NCBI GenBank assembly: GCA_029858305.1
Contig: JAOUFI010000063.1
Coordinates: 1 to 12,655, forward strand
Source of the DNA: Candidatus Thorarchaeota archaeon
Lineage (GTDB): Archaea; Asgardarchaeota; Thorarchaeia; Thorarchaeales; Thorarchaeaceae
Direction of reading: 5' to 3'
DNA: 12,655 nucleotides
The notes beneath the pieces are model-generated. The model worked only from the letters and a program-made list of their open reading frames with translations, searched no databases and was not told where the DNA came from. Position numbers and translations under genes: made by a program. Shown piece by piece: positions 5,158 through 12,654 of the stretch. Numbering within the stretch: position 1 is the first letter of the stretch; every line of letters begins with the position of its first letter.

Positions 5158-7980
5158 TTGTCGCGTGGAAAAACCATTTTCGCACTCATACTAGGTCTGA
5201 TTCTTTTATTTGGTTCCTTCTCTGTGTTGCATCCGGTTTCGACGAACCTTGCACAGAGCAAAGAGAGTACTAATCGTGAGACCACTATCGCAAGTTACGT
5301 TCAGCATAATCCAGTTGTGATAAACAACGATACAGCACTGGCATCCTTTGCTGTATCAGGAACAGGGGATCCTGCCACACCCTACATCTTAGAGGGCTGG
5401 AACGTTACAACAAGCGCTGATTCCTATGGAATATATATCGGATTCACGACCAAGCACTTCATTCTCCGTGATTGCTGGGTACGAGGAGCCATGAATGATG
5501 CATATCGCGGCGTACTGATTTATACTGTAGCAAGCGGTACAGCAGTGATTGAACGTGTTCACTGTGAGTTGTGGTTTGTGGGCATTGAAGTGTCATCCTC
5601 GCCGGAAACTGTGGTGAGGGGCTGTTCAGTCCAAGACTGTTACGATGGATTGATGATGACCTCTTCAAATAACTGTACGGTCTTCAACAATACCGCCTTC
5701 GAAAATGATGAGTGGGGCATATGGACATCCTCCCCATCGTCGATTGTAGCAAACAACACCCTCTGGGATAATGCCCATGGAATAAAAGTCTACTATGCAA
5801 CCGATGTGCTTCTAGAAAACAACACTCTGAATGAGGATGGATTCTTTTTCCAATTCGACAATGTTGCAGGTTATGAGTCCATCAACGAGAGCAACAACGT
5901 TGTCAATGGACTCCCTCTTTTGCTCTTAATCAATGATGTTGGAACGATCTTTAATGGAGGGATTGGACAAGCTGTTCTGATAAACTGTACTGGAGTCAAA
6001 CTTGCAGATCAGAATCTCAGCTATTGCGAATCAGGACTCTTTCTTCGTTGGTGCGTGGACTGCGAAATTCGCGACAGCTATCTTGACTATAACGACGATA
6101 GCGGAGTCTATGTCTACTATTCGGACAGCATCAATGTTGAGAATGTATCAATGACAGGGAACTCTATGTATGCTCTCCAGCTCATCCATTGCACTGTTGA
6201 TGTATTAGATTGTGACTTCGTGGAGAACAAAAGAGGGATTGAGCTAGTTGGAACTTGGGGTGTAGCATCTCTTCAGAAGAACAGATTTGTAAACAGCACA
6301 GATTATGGTCTGTTACTCAATCCGGGGTGGAATGTGAGCGCTTCTGACAACACATTCACAGAAGATGGCGTATCTTGCCAAAGCACTTCACTGCCAGATT
6401 ACATCAAATATTCCGAGAACTTCGCCAACAACCTTGTCAATGGCAAATCGTTGAAGTTCTATCACTCTATCCAAGATGTCATAGTCTCAAGCCCGCACGG
6501 ACAGGTCTTTCTTGCCAATTGCAGCAACGTTGTGCTCAGCTCTCTGGACTGCTCACATACTGTCATTGGTGTAGGTATCACTCTCAGTAATAACTGTAGA
6601 ATCATCAACTCAGACTGCAGCCATGCAAAGCAGCTAGGCATAAGCATCATCGCTTCAAATTTCACTCTTGTTCAGAATGTGAATTGTGACGGAGCATCCG
6701 GCTCTGGAATCTGGATTATCGATGCGGAAGAAACAACACTAATTGATAATCGATGTAGCAACTGCTGCAATGGTATTGATTTCCTATTTTCGCAACATGG
6801 ACTAATCAAGGGAAATACCCTTGCCAATAATCACGCCTTTGGATTTCGGTTCCTTACTTCACAAGACGTCTATATCTCCAGCAACATATGTGAATTCAGT
6901 GGCAGCAGTGGTTTATTTGTTGAAACATCGTCAGGGCTAAGTATTGTGAACAACACATGCAGCTCCAATAATGCTGGGGGCATTGACATCTGGGATAGTT
7001 ATGAAATCTTGATACATGACAATAATTGCAGGAGGAACAGGTTTTCGGGTGTATCTTTAATGGCTTCTTGGACTTGCACCATTGCGTTAAATCAACTTGT
7101 CGAAAATGAAGCACATGGGCTTCATATCTCAGGGGGATACGGCTTTGAGGTCAACTGGAACACAATGACAGAAAATGGCGGTGATGGAATTAGGGCGACT
7201 TGTGGACACTCTCGTATATTACACAACGTCATTGCTCTGAATAATGACTATGGCGCATACCTCCAATTCTGCACAAACGTATCAATTCATCACAATATGT
7301 TTGTGAATAACAACGGAAGTGGCGTTCAGGCGTATGATTCCCTCCCCTTTGTGAACCTCTGGTACGATCCGATAGCGGCGGAGGGGAACTACTGGTCAGA
7401 CTGGGATGGTATGGGACCATATTATGTAGATGGAGGTTCAGGCTCCTGTGATATCTACCCACTAGGAGAGATTGACTCAGACTCTGATACACTACCTGAC
7501 TCCTGGGAGATTGCAAACGGTCTTGATCCATACTCTCCTGATTCAGACATGGACTCACTCCCTGACGCATGGGAAGTGATGTACGGACTGAATCCTCTTG
7601 CAAATGACACAGCGGGTGACCATGATGGTGATGGTCTCTCAAATCTTGAGGAGTTCCTCCTCGGATTGAATCCCGCAAGCGAAGACTCGGATGGAGATCA
7701 GATGCCTGATCTCTGGGAAGTGCAGAACTATCTCAATCCACTCTATAATGATGCAGGCTTTGATCCTGATGGCGACGACATATCAAATCTCTACGAATAT
7801 TATGGCGGGACAAATCCTCATGTCTATAATGGACCATCTGCAACCACTACAACGACCACAGGCGTGACAACTGAACTTACTGGAGATACACTCATTATCT
7901 CGATCGCAGCGATAGGTGGCTTTACAATTGCTATTATTATAATTGCCATCATCGTTCGAAGCAGGCTAGAACGAAGATAA
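5158..7980 (+). CDS. Membrane-anchored cell-surface glycoprotein: signal peptide, right-handed parallel beta-helix (NosD/CASH/PbH1-type) repeats, DxDxD..PD.WE Ca-binding (bacterial TSP3-like) repeats, Thr-rich linker, C-terminal TM
   Basis: The N-terminus is RGK plus a hydrophobic IFALILGLILLFGSFSVL. There are many G-I-x-(I/L)...NNT repeats and a GNYWSDW cap, then five D-x-D-x-D units, TTTTTTGVTT, and TM LIISIAAIGGFTIAIIIIAIIV followed by RSRLERR. The start is moved from GTG 5116 to TTG 5158 (GGAGG 7 nt upstream). Confidence 0.88.
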   Translation: MSRGKTIFALILGLILLFGSFSVLHPVSTNLAQSKESTNRETTIASYVQHNPVVINNDTALASFAVSGTGDPATPYILEGWNVTTSADSYGIYIGFTTKHFILRDCWVRGAMNDAYRGVLIYTVASGTAVIERVHCELWFVGIEVSSSPETVVRGCSVQDCYDGLMMTSSNNCTVFNNTAFENDEWGIWTSSPSSIVANNTLWDNAHGIKVYYATDVLLENNTLNEDGFFFQFDNVAGYESINESNNVVNGLPLLLLINDVGTIFNGGIGQAVLINCTGVKLADQNLSYCESGLFLRWCVDCEIRDSYLDYNDDSGVYVYYSDSINVENVSMTGNSMYALQLIHCTVDVLDCDFVENKRGIELVGTWGVASLQKNRFVNSTDYGLLLNPGWNVSASDNTFTEDGVSCQSTSLPDYIKYSENFANNLVNGKSLKFYHSIQDVIVSSPHGQVFLANCSNVVLSSLDCSHTVIGVGITLSNNCRIINSDCSHAKQLGISIIASNFTLVQNVNCDGASGSGIWIIDAEETTLIDNRCSNCCNGIDFLFSQHGLIKGNTLANNHAFGFRFLTSQDVYISSNICEFSGSSGLFVETSSGLSIVNNTCSSNNAGGIDIWDSYEILIHDNNCRRNRFSGVSLMASWTCTIALNQLVENEAHGLHISGGYGFEVNWNTMTENGGDGIRATCGHSRILHNVIALNNDYGAYLQFCTNVSIHHNMFVNNNGSGVQAYDSLPFVNLWYDPIAAEGNYWSDWDGMGPYYVDGGSGSCDIYPLGEIDSDSDTLPDSWEIANGLDPYSPDSDMDSLPDAWEVMYGLNPLANDTAGDHDGDGLSNLEEFLLGLNPASEDSDGDQMPDLWEVQNYLNPLYNDAGFDPDGDDISNLYEYYGGTNPHVYNGPSATTTTTTGVTTELTGDTLIISIAAIGGFTIAIIIIAIIVRSRLERR
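7474..7818 (+). repeat. Five tandem protein-level Ca-binding repeats (DSDSDTLPDSWE, DSDMDSLPDAWE, DHDGDGLSNLEE, DSDGDQMPDLWE, DPDGDDISNLYE), each followed by a GLNP-like motif
   Basis: Read directly from the translation. The first two units are also similar at DNA level (gactcagactctgatacactacctgac vs gattcagacatggactcactccctgac). Confidence 0.85.
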
Positions 7981-8014
7981 CCGAACAGGAATCTTTGATT
8001 CTTCCTAGGACCTT

Positions 8015-8227
8015 TCAGTAGATGTATGGCAAAAGTCGCCATGTGCAACTCATGTACTCCTCGTTATCATCACCAAAGGTATCAAGGAGGATTTTCTCCT
8101 CTAGGATGATGCGACTCCCAAAGACTGTAAAGAGCGGCGTAGCAGTGACGAGCATCACGATTACATTGCCAAGAGCAAAAGCGTATCCTGAGAAGAGGAA
8201 GAGAAATCCCAGATACTGGGGATCTTG
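8015..8227 (-). pseudogene. 5'-truncated remnant of an isoprenylcysteine carboxyl methyltransferase / PEMT (Ste14-like) family membrane methyltransferase
   Basis: My translation is QDPQYLGFLFLFSGYAFALGNVIVMLVTATPLFTVFGSRIILEEKILLDTFGDDNEEYMSCTWRLLPYIY*. It matches the family pattern RHPxY-G...RIxxEExxLxxxFGxxYxxYxxxTxRLLPxIY. There is an in-frame TAG immediately upstream (8228-8230) and no N-terminal half. Confidence 0.8.
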
Positions 8228-8335
8228 CTACTGGCAATTCTTATCCCAATCAAAGACTTCTTTGGAAAACACACACAATAGTTGGAACTCGGCGACTAGA
8301 ATCGTCAGCGGATTAAGGTTCAGGGTATCATGGTC

Positions 8336-9523
8336 TTAGGACCTGTACTTGTAGAGAACAGCAACTACGGCGACACAGAGAACTATGGCTGCCACAGCCA
8401 CAATCTGCAGAATCTCCAAGCGGCCTCCAAACCCATCTGTAAGCGATTGCTGGATGTATGTAAGGATTGTCTCACTGATGTCCTCACCAGCCTCATCAGC
8501 ACGAGCAGTGATTGCCACTACTACATTGTACTCGGGGGACACGAAGACGTACTGCCCCTCACTACCCCTTGCACTATAGAGGTCATGGGTCGGGTCAATC
8601 CACCATTGATACCCGTAGTTGAAGTCAGGCTGAGCGTAAACATGGGAGGTGGATGCTTGAGTGACATACTCTTCGGTCAGTATCTTATTTCCATCCCAAG
8701 TCCCATTGTTCAGACAGAGGAGACCAAGCTTCGCCATAGTGCGAACTGTGACATAGAGCTGCGTGCCTCCATTATTGATGCCCTGAGCGTCATTGTTCCA
8801 TCCGCCAATTGTCATGTTCAGAGGCTCAAAGAGATACTCCTCTGCAAAGTCTCGTGTAGTCATATTTGTGACCTGCTGGATGATGGCAGAGAGAAGGTGG
8901 GATGCCCCTGTGGTGTAGACCCAGTGTGTGCCCGGGTCGTATGCAGTGGGTAGATTGAGGAAGAACTGGACTGGATTGGGACTGCTGAACATCTGGTTGT
9001 ACATATTGTCCGGATGAGTATAGCTGATATTCCACTCGTTCCAGTCGAGCCCGGTTGTCATAGTCAGGACATGCTCAAGGGTCATGTTGCCCTTGCGGGA
9101 GTCCATGTTCTCAATGGTCATCTCCGGGAAAAAGTCGAGCACCCGTTGGCTGACATTGTCGATAAAGCCCTCCTTGATAGCGATGCCAATGAGTGTACTG
9201 GTAAAGCTCTTTGTACAGGAGAAGATGTGGTGGGTCGAGTTCTCGGTGTTATAGTTCCAGTACTGCTCCTTGACTATGTAGCCATTTCGCGTGACTACAA
9301 GGCCTTGGATGGGAGCATCAGAGTCGTCGATGAACTGCATCATCTCATCCAGTATGGAGGAGGTCATCCCCTGCTCCTCAGGGGTTGTCGCGGTCCATTC
9401 ATCATCAGGAAAGTAGGAGATTATGTTAGGTGAGATGGCAGTGCTTTCAGCATAGACAAAATAGCCCTGAGTGAGAAGAAGGAGCAGGGCAAATGAAAAC
9501 ACCTGAAGAACTCGAAGCTTCAT
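8336..9523 (-). CDS. Serine hydrolase of the beta-lactamase/PBP-like superfamily (class C/NylB-like), with signal peptide and C-terminal TM anchor
   Basis: It has SxxK (FSCTKS), LEHVLTMTTGL, PGTHWVYTT (catalytic Tyr), MAKLGLLCLNNGTWDG..IL, YGYQWW and ARGSEGQY. The N-terminal signal is MKLRVLQVFSFALLLLL and the C-terminus is IVAVAAIVLCVAVVAVL-YKYRS. Confidence 0.92.
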   Translation of the reverse strand: MKLRVLQVFSFALLLLLTQGYFVYAESTAISPNIISYFPDDEWTATTPEEQGMTSSILDEMMQFIDDSDAPIQGLVVTRNGYIVKEQYWNYNTENSTHHIFSCTKSFTSTLIGIAIKEGFIDNVSQRVLDFFPEMTIENMDSRKGNMTLEHVLTMTTGLDWNEWNISYTHPDNMYNQMFSSPNPVQFFLNLPTAYDPGTHWVYTTGASHLLSAIIQQVTNMTTRDFAEEYLFEPLNMTIGGWNNDAQGINNGGTQLYVTVRTMAKLGLLCLNNGTWDGNKILTEEYVTQASTSHVYAQPDFNYGYQWWIDPTHDLYSARGSEGQYVFVSPEYNVVVAITARADEAGEDISETILTYIQQSLTDGFGGRLEILQIVAVAAIVLCVAVVAVLYKYRS

Positions 9524-9544
9524 ATCAGTGCAGGTTCAGAAATT

Positions 9545-9552
9545 GCATAAAA
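9545..9552 (-). promoter_or_regulatory. Candidate TATA box (TTTTATGC) for a possibly leaderless serine hydrolase mRNA
   Basis: It lies 22-29 nt upstream of ATG 9523, and no SD-like sequence is visible before that ATG. Confidence 0.35.
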
Positions 9553-9632
9553 GGCAGAGGTTCGTAGCAAGGCTACATCAAGCAAGCAGTACTAGGATAT
9601 TCTATCATGATAGTCATCACTAAAGATTTGAA

Positions 9633-9656
9633 AGAAGAGGGCTCTCGCCCCCTTCT
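9633..9656 (-). terminator. Stem-loop downstream of the FG-GAP gene (putative terminator or mRNA 3' stabiliser)
   Basis: The minus-strand RNA is AGAAGGGGGC-GAGA-GCCCUCUUCU: a 10-bp stem with one G-U pair and a GAGA tetraloop, followed by UUCAAAUCUUU. It begins 18 nt after the stop at 9675. Confidence 0.6.
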
Positions 9657-9674
9657 GATTTTAGTATTGTCACA

Positions 9675-11744
9675 TCATGCGTCGTTATCGTAGTCGCCAA
9701 TGACCACGCAATTGGACTCGTTGGCATTCAGGTCAGCCATGAAGATGAGGGTGTCATACCTGAAGATGTACAGCTTCCCTTCTGAAAAGACACCTCCAGG
9801 ACCTCCCGAAACTACGAGTTCATTCATGAGGTCACCATCAACATCCCCAATAGCCATCTGTTCGCCAAAGATGTTGACCATTCCAGGATTGCTGAAATTA
9901 TAGGTGTTAGTAAATCCGTTTATGGCATCATATTCAAAGACCAGAAAGCCTGGGCTCACGGGCAAGAATGGAGTATAGAATACAAGATCCAGATTCCCAT
10001 CGTTGGTCAGATCACCTATTACGAAGCTAAAGCCAACATCGGCATAGATTACCACATCAGGTGCAGTCCAGAAGTCTACTAATGCACTGCCTGTGTAAGT
10101 CAGGATGTGGAATGGATTATCCTTCCCCATTACGTAGATTTCCCCGAGCCCATCTCCATTGATGTCGTTTATCTCCAGAGCTGTGAACCACATATACCCA
10201 TCTTCTGGAAGGATGAAACTGGAGTAGTTTGCAGTATTGACCCATGTACCCACGGTCGAATCATAGTCATATACAATGACCTCGCAGAGCACTAAATCCC
10301 AACCATTGGCGAAAACGACCTCAAGCTCCTCGTCCCCGTCTAGGTTACCAGCTGCGACTAGGTCAAGGTTCGTTGCATCTTTCAATATTAAGGCCACTTG
10401 ATACAATCCATCCACCACATCCCAAAATACAGCTCCTCCATACCCTGCGGTACCACCAACAATCTCCAAGTCATCATCGTCATCGAAATTGCCAACTGCA
10501 AGTGACATGACTGCATTGGAGAGCTCAACGGGAACGGGAAGTGTTTGAATAGGCGATGTACCATAATCGAGGTCAAAGATTTCTACCACTCCGACTCCGT
10601 ACGTTTCACTGATTAGCTCCGCCACAACGAACTCATTCCTTCCATCTAAGTCCAAATCAACTATCTCAATGTCAGTAGCAGCAGCTCCCGAAATGGCAAT
10701 GTCAGCATCATGATACCAGTCATTTCCGAAGTTCTCCCAAGCTTGGAATCGATGACAGGTATATGGCATCGTTAGTATCTCAATCCCGCTTGTTGGTGAT
10801 TGATAGCCATCCACACCAATAAATGCCTGGTCGATGTGTAGTGAGGAGATCTCCTTGTTCCCTACAGTGCGGTCGTTATCAATAATCCTCAGCCTGATGA
10901 CAGCGCTTGTTTCATCACTGAGTGTTGTAGAGCACAATTTATTGAAGCCTGCATAGTTAATCTCGAGGATAGTGTTCCAAGTGGTTCCGGACTCCTCTTG
11001 AATCAAGAAGGCCGTATCACTGTCGCCATCGGGGAACTCTGCATAGCCATAGAAGTAGAAGGTGGCTGGTGTACGTGGTGTGGGAAGGTCAAAGGTGAAG
11101 ATCCATCCCAGCTCTGTGGTATCATCGGTGGGCTTCTTAGTTTCCCATGCATTCTTGCCTTCACTGAGTATCTCGTACATGCCATCCGCACTGTACGTAC
11201 TCTCAAAACTACCTATTGCCACTCCATAGCCAATTGTCGGGTCCATTTCCTCCGAGGATGCCACTATCATTCCCTCAGGCAGCGGAGCAGGTAGGATTCT
11301 GACAGTTACCGATGTGGATGCGTCAGACTTTGCTAATTCTCCCTCGCTTCTGATTCGTATCTCGTATGTTCCTGCGGGACCGGTAAGAGTCCAACTGACT
11401 GTGTAAAACTGATCTTTAAGCAATGACTGGGACTGAGGTTGATCCCCACTTATTATGTGCAGAACAGAAGTATCAGATCCACCCAGGTCTATGAAGGCTG
11501 TTGAATCTTCACCCACTGCATATTGGACATATGTGGCTACGAGTCCAGCATCGCCCTTCAGCGCAGTGACAATACTGCTAACATCAAAGGACCCACCACT
11601 CTCAACAACTAGCCCATCGTCTGGGCTAGTTATCATCACGTCTAGTGCGGTTCTTGGAGGCTTCGCTGCTGAAACAGCAATGACTCCGACTGAGAGAACT
11701 AGAACTAGAGCAATCAGAAAAGCTATGACCGAATTCCTCTTCAT
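9675..11744 (-). CDS. Secreted multidomain protein: signal peptide, Ig-like domain, jelly-roll-like domain, FG-GAP/VCBS-type Ca-binding beta-propeller
   Basis: The signal is MKRNSVIAFLIALVLVLSVGVIAVSA and the Ig-like segment is V.ITSP.DG...GTYEIRIR. The repeats are DLDLDGRNEFVV, GNFDDDDDLEIV, GNLDGDEELEVV, DINGDGLGEIYV, GDLTNDGNLDLV, GDVDGDLMNELVV and a terminal GDYDNDA. The start is moved to ATG 11744 (GGGAGAGG 6 nt upstream). Confidence 0.82.
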   Translation of the reverse strand: MKRNSVIAFLIALVLVLSVGVIAVSAAKPPRTALDVMITSPDDGLVVESGGSFDVSSIVTALKGDAGLVATYVQYAVGEDSTAFIDLGGSDTSVLHIISGDQPQSQSLLKDQFYTVSWTLTGPAGTYEIRIRSEGELAKSDASTSVTVRILPAPLPEGMIVASSEEMDPTIGYGVAIGSFESTYSADGMYEILSEGKNAWETKKPTDDTTELGWIFTFDLPTPRTPATFYFYGYAEFPDGDSDTAFLIQEESGTTWNTILEINYAGFNKLCSTTLSDETSAVIRLRIIDNDRTVGNKEISSLHIDQAFIGVDGYQSPTSGIEILTMPYTCHRFQAWENFGNDWYHDADIAISGAAATDIEIVDLDLDGRNEFVVAELISETYGVGVVEIFDLDYGTSPIQTLPVPVELSNAVMSLAVGNFDDDDDLEIVGGTAGYGGAVFWDVVDGLYQVALILKDATNLDLVAAGNLDGDEELEVVFANGWDLVLCEVIVYDYDSTVGTWVNTANYSSFILPEDGYMWFTALEINDINGDGLGEIYVMGKDNPFHILTYTGSALVDFWTAPDVVIYADVGFSFVIGDLTNDGNLDLVFYTPFLPVSPGFLVFEYDAINGFTNTYNFSNPGMVNIFGEQMAIGDVDGDLMNELVVSGGPGGVFSEGKLYIFRYDTLIFMADLNANESNCVVIGDYDNDA

Positions 11745-11844
11745 ACACTTCCTCTCCCAAGGATTCGGTTCATTATTGTTCAACTACTTAGTAAAGAATT
11801 TTGCTATATCGATGAAAAATAATAGAAAGCAATATGTTCACTCA

Positions 11845-12654
11845 TCAAAGTGACATTCTATTTCCTCCTCTTCGCTTCAGAATAAGAAAAAATACGATGA
11901 TTATGGCAGCGACTGATGTGCTTTCGATTACGAAGGGCAACATCGGGTCATTGTCAGTTGTTGTTACATTCGTTTCATGTATTAGGAGCTGCACAGTTTC
12001 GCGGGGACCTGCACCGAAGTCGATGTCACCGCCAGGAACCTCAGGAAACATATAGCTCGTGATTACGTGTGCAATAGTTATCGACTCCCCGCTCACACTC
12101 AGAATCGCCCTTCCCTCCTCATGTGTCTGCTGAACATGCCAGCCTGTTGAATCTCTGTACGCGACGGATAGACCAGCAACATCTTCAGCTGGCTGGCTCA
12201 TCTCCACAGTGAAGTGGTCAGAAGGTGAGGTGATTCGGTAGACCTTTGAACCATAGCAATAGAGCGTAAGGCTGTCGTCCTGGTAGGGCAAGGAGCCAAT
12301 GATGGTATAGTCTTGGATGGTTGCGTTCATGTCCTGAAGGCAATAGCGGTCTTCTGAAAAGCCCTGTTCGTCAATGGTCAGAGCAGTCATCCAGTCAAGA
12401 TACAGGTCATTGAAAGAGATGTTGTGTCCTGCTCCTTCAAGGGCAGTCTCCAGTCCCTGAGCACCATCACCCTCATGCTGGACAAGATCCCTCAGGAACT
12501 GCTCACCATATTGTTCTGCCAGGTAGAATGCAAATAGGTAACAGGCTCCATAGTCCTGGGCTTCTACCTCGAAGTAGATGAGCGAGTCATCAGGGTCGTT
12601 GAGGAAGTCGGAAACCCGAACCGTCAGGTTATCGTTGGAAATGTACCCTGCATA
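11845..12654 (-). CDS. 3' part of a membrane-anchored zinc metallopeptidase-like protein (M30/gluzincin-like); 5' end outside the window
   Basis: The frame of the 181-aa ORF stays open to the window edge: YAGYISNDNLTVRVSDFLNDPDDSLIYFEVEAQDYGACYLFAFYLAEQYGEQFLRDLVQHEGDGAQGLETALEGAGHNISFNDLYLDWMTAL. The DYGA.YLF..YL.EQYG...SF..L..DW..A pattern follows the HExxH/NEG motifs in M30-like peptidases, but those motifs are not in the window. The C-terminus has TTT, a hydrophobic stretch and KRR. Confidence 0.7.
   Translation of the reverse strand, partial: YAGYISNDNLTVRVSDFLNDPDDSLIYFEVEAQDYGACYLFAFYLAEQYGEQFLRDLVQHEGDGAQGLETALEGAGHNISFNDLYLDWMTALTIDEQGFSEDRYCLQDMNATIQDYTIIGSLPYQDDSLTLYCYGSKVYRITSPSDHFTVEMSQPAEDVAGLSVAYRDSTGWHVQQTHEEGRAILSVSGESITIAHVITSYMFPEVPGGDIDFGAGPRETVQLLIHETNVTTTDNDPMLPFVIESTSVAAIIIVFFLILKRRGGNRMSL

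Noticed and set aside
7229-7678. 149-aa minus-strand ORF with HHHHGH
   Set aside because: It is antisense to the GAT/GGT-rich Asp-Gly repeats of the surface protein, so the His run is a by-product.
7474-7818. Periodic DNA similarity resembling a CRISPR or tandem array
   Set aside because: The units are degenerate and in frame, explained by protein Ca-binding repeats. There are no identical direct repeats with spacers and no cas genes.
7987-8010. Small hairpin GAATC-TTT-GATTC and palindrome TCCTAGGA between convergent stops
   Set aside because: The stem is only 5 bp, too weak to call a terminator.
8022-8339. 105-aa plus-strand ORF filling the gap after the surface protein
   Set aside because: It has no family features, and the opposite strand carries a clear ICMT/PEMT-like remnant that better explains the region.
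8330-9433. Long plus-strand ORFs 8330..8953 (207 aa) and 9014..9433 (139 aa)
   Set aside because: They are antisense shadows of the well-supported serine hydrolase and have no recognisable motifs.
8336-9523. Calling it an AmpC beta-lactamase / resistance gene
   Set aside because: The YxN and KTG motifs are replaced by YTT and ARG, so it belongs to the broader serine hydrolase group.
90-12055. Remaining short (60-132 aa) ORFs in the track
   Set aside because: All overlap stronger genes in another frame or strand and show no motifs or start signals.
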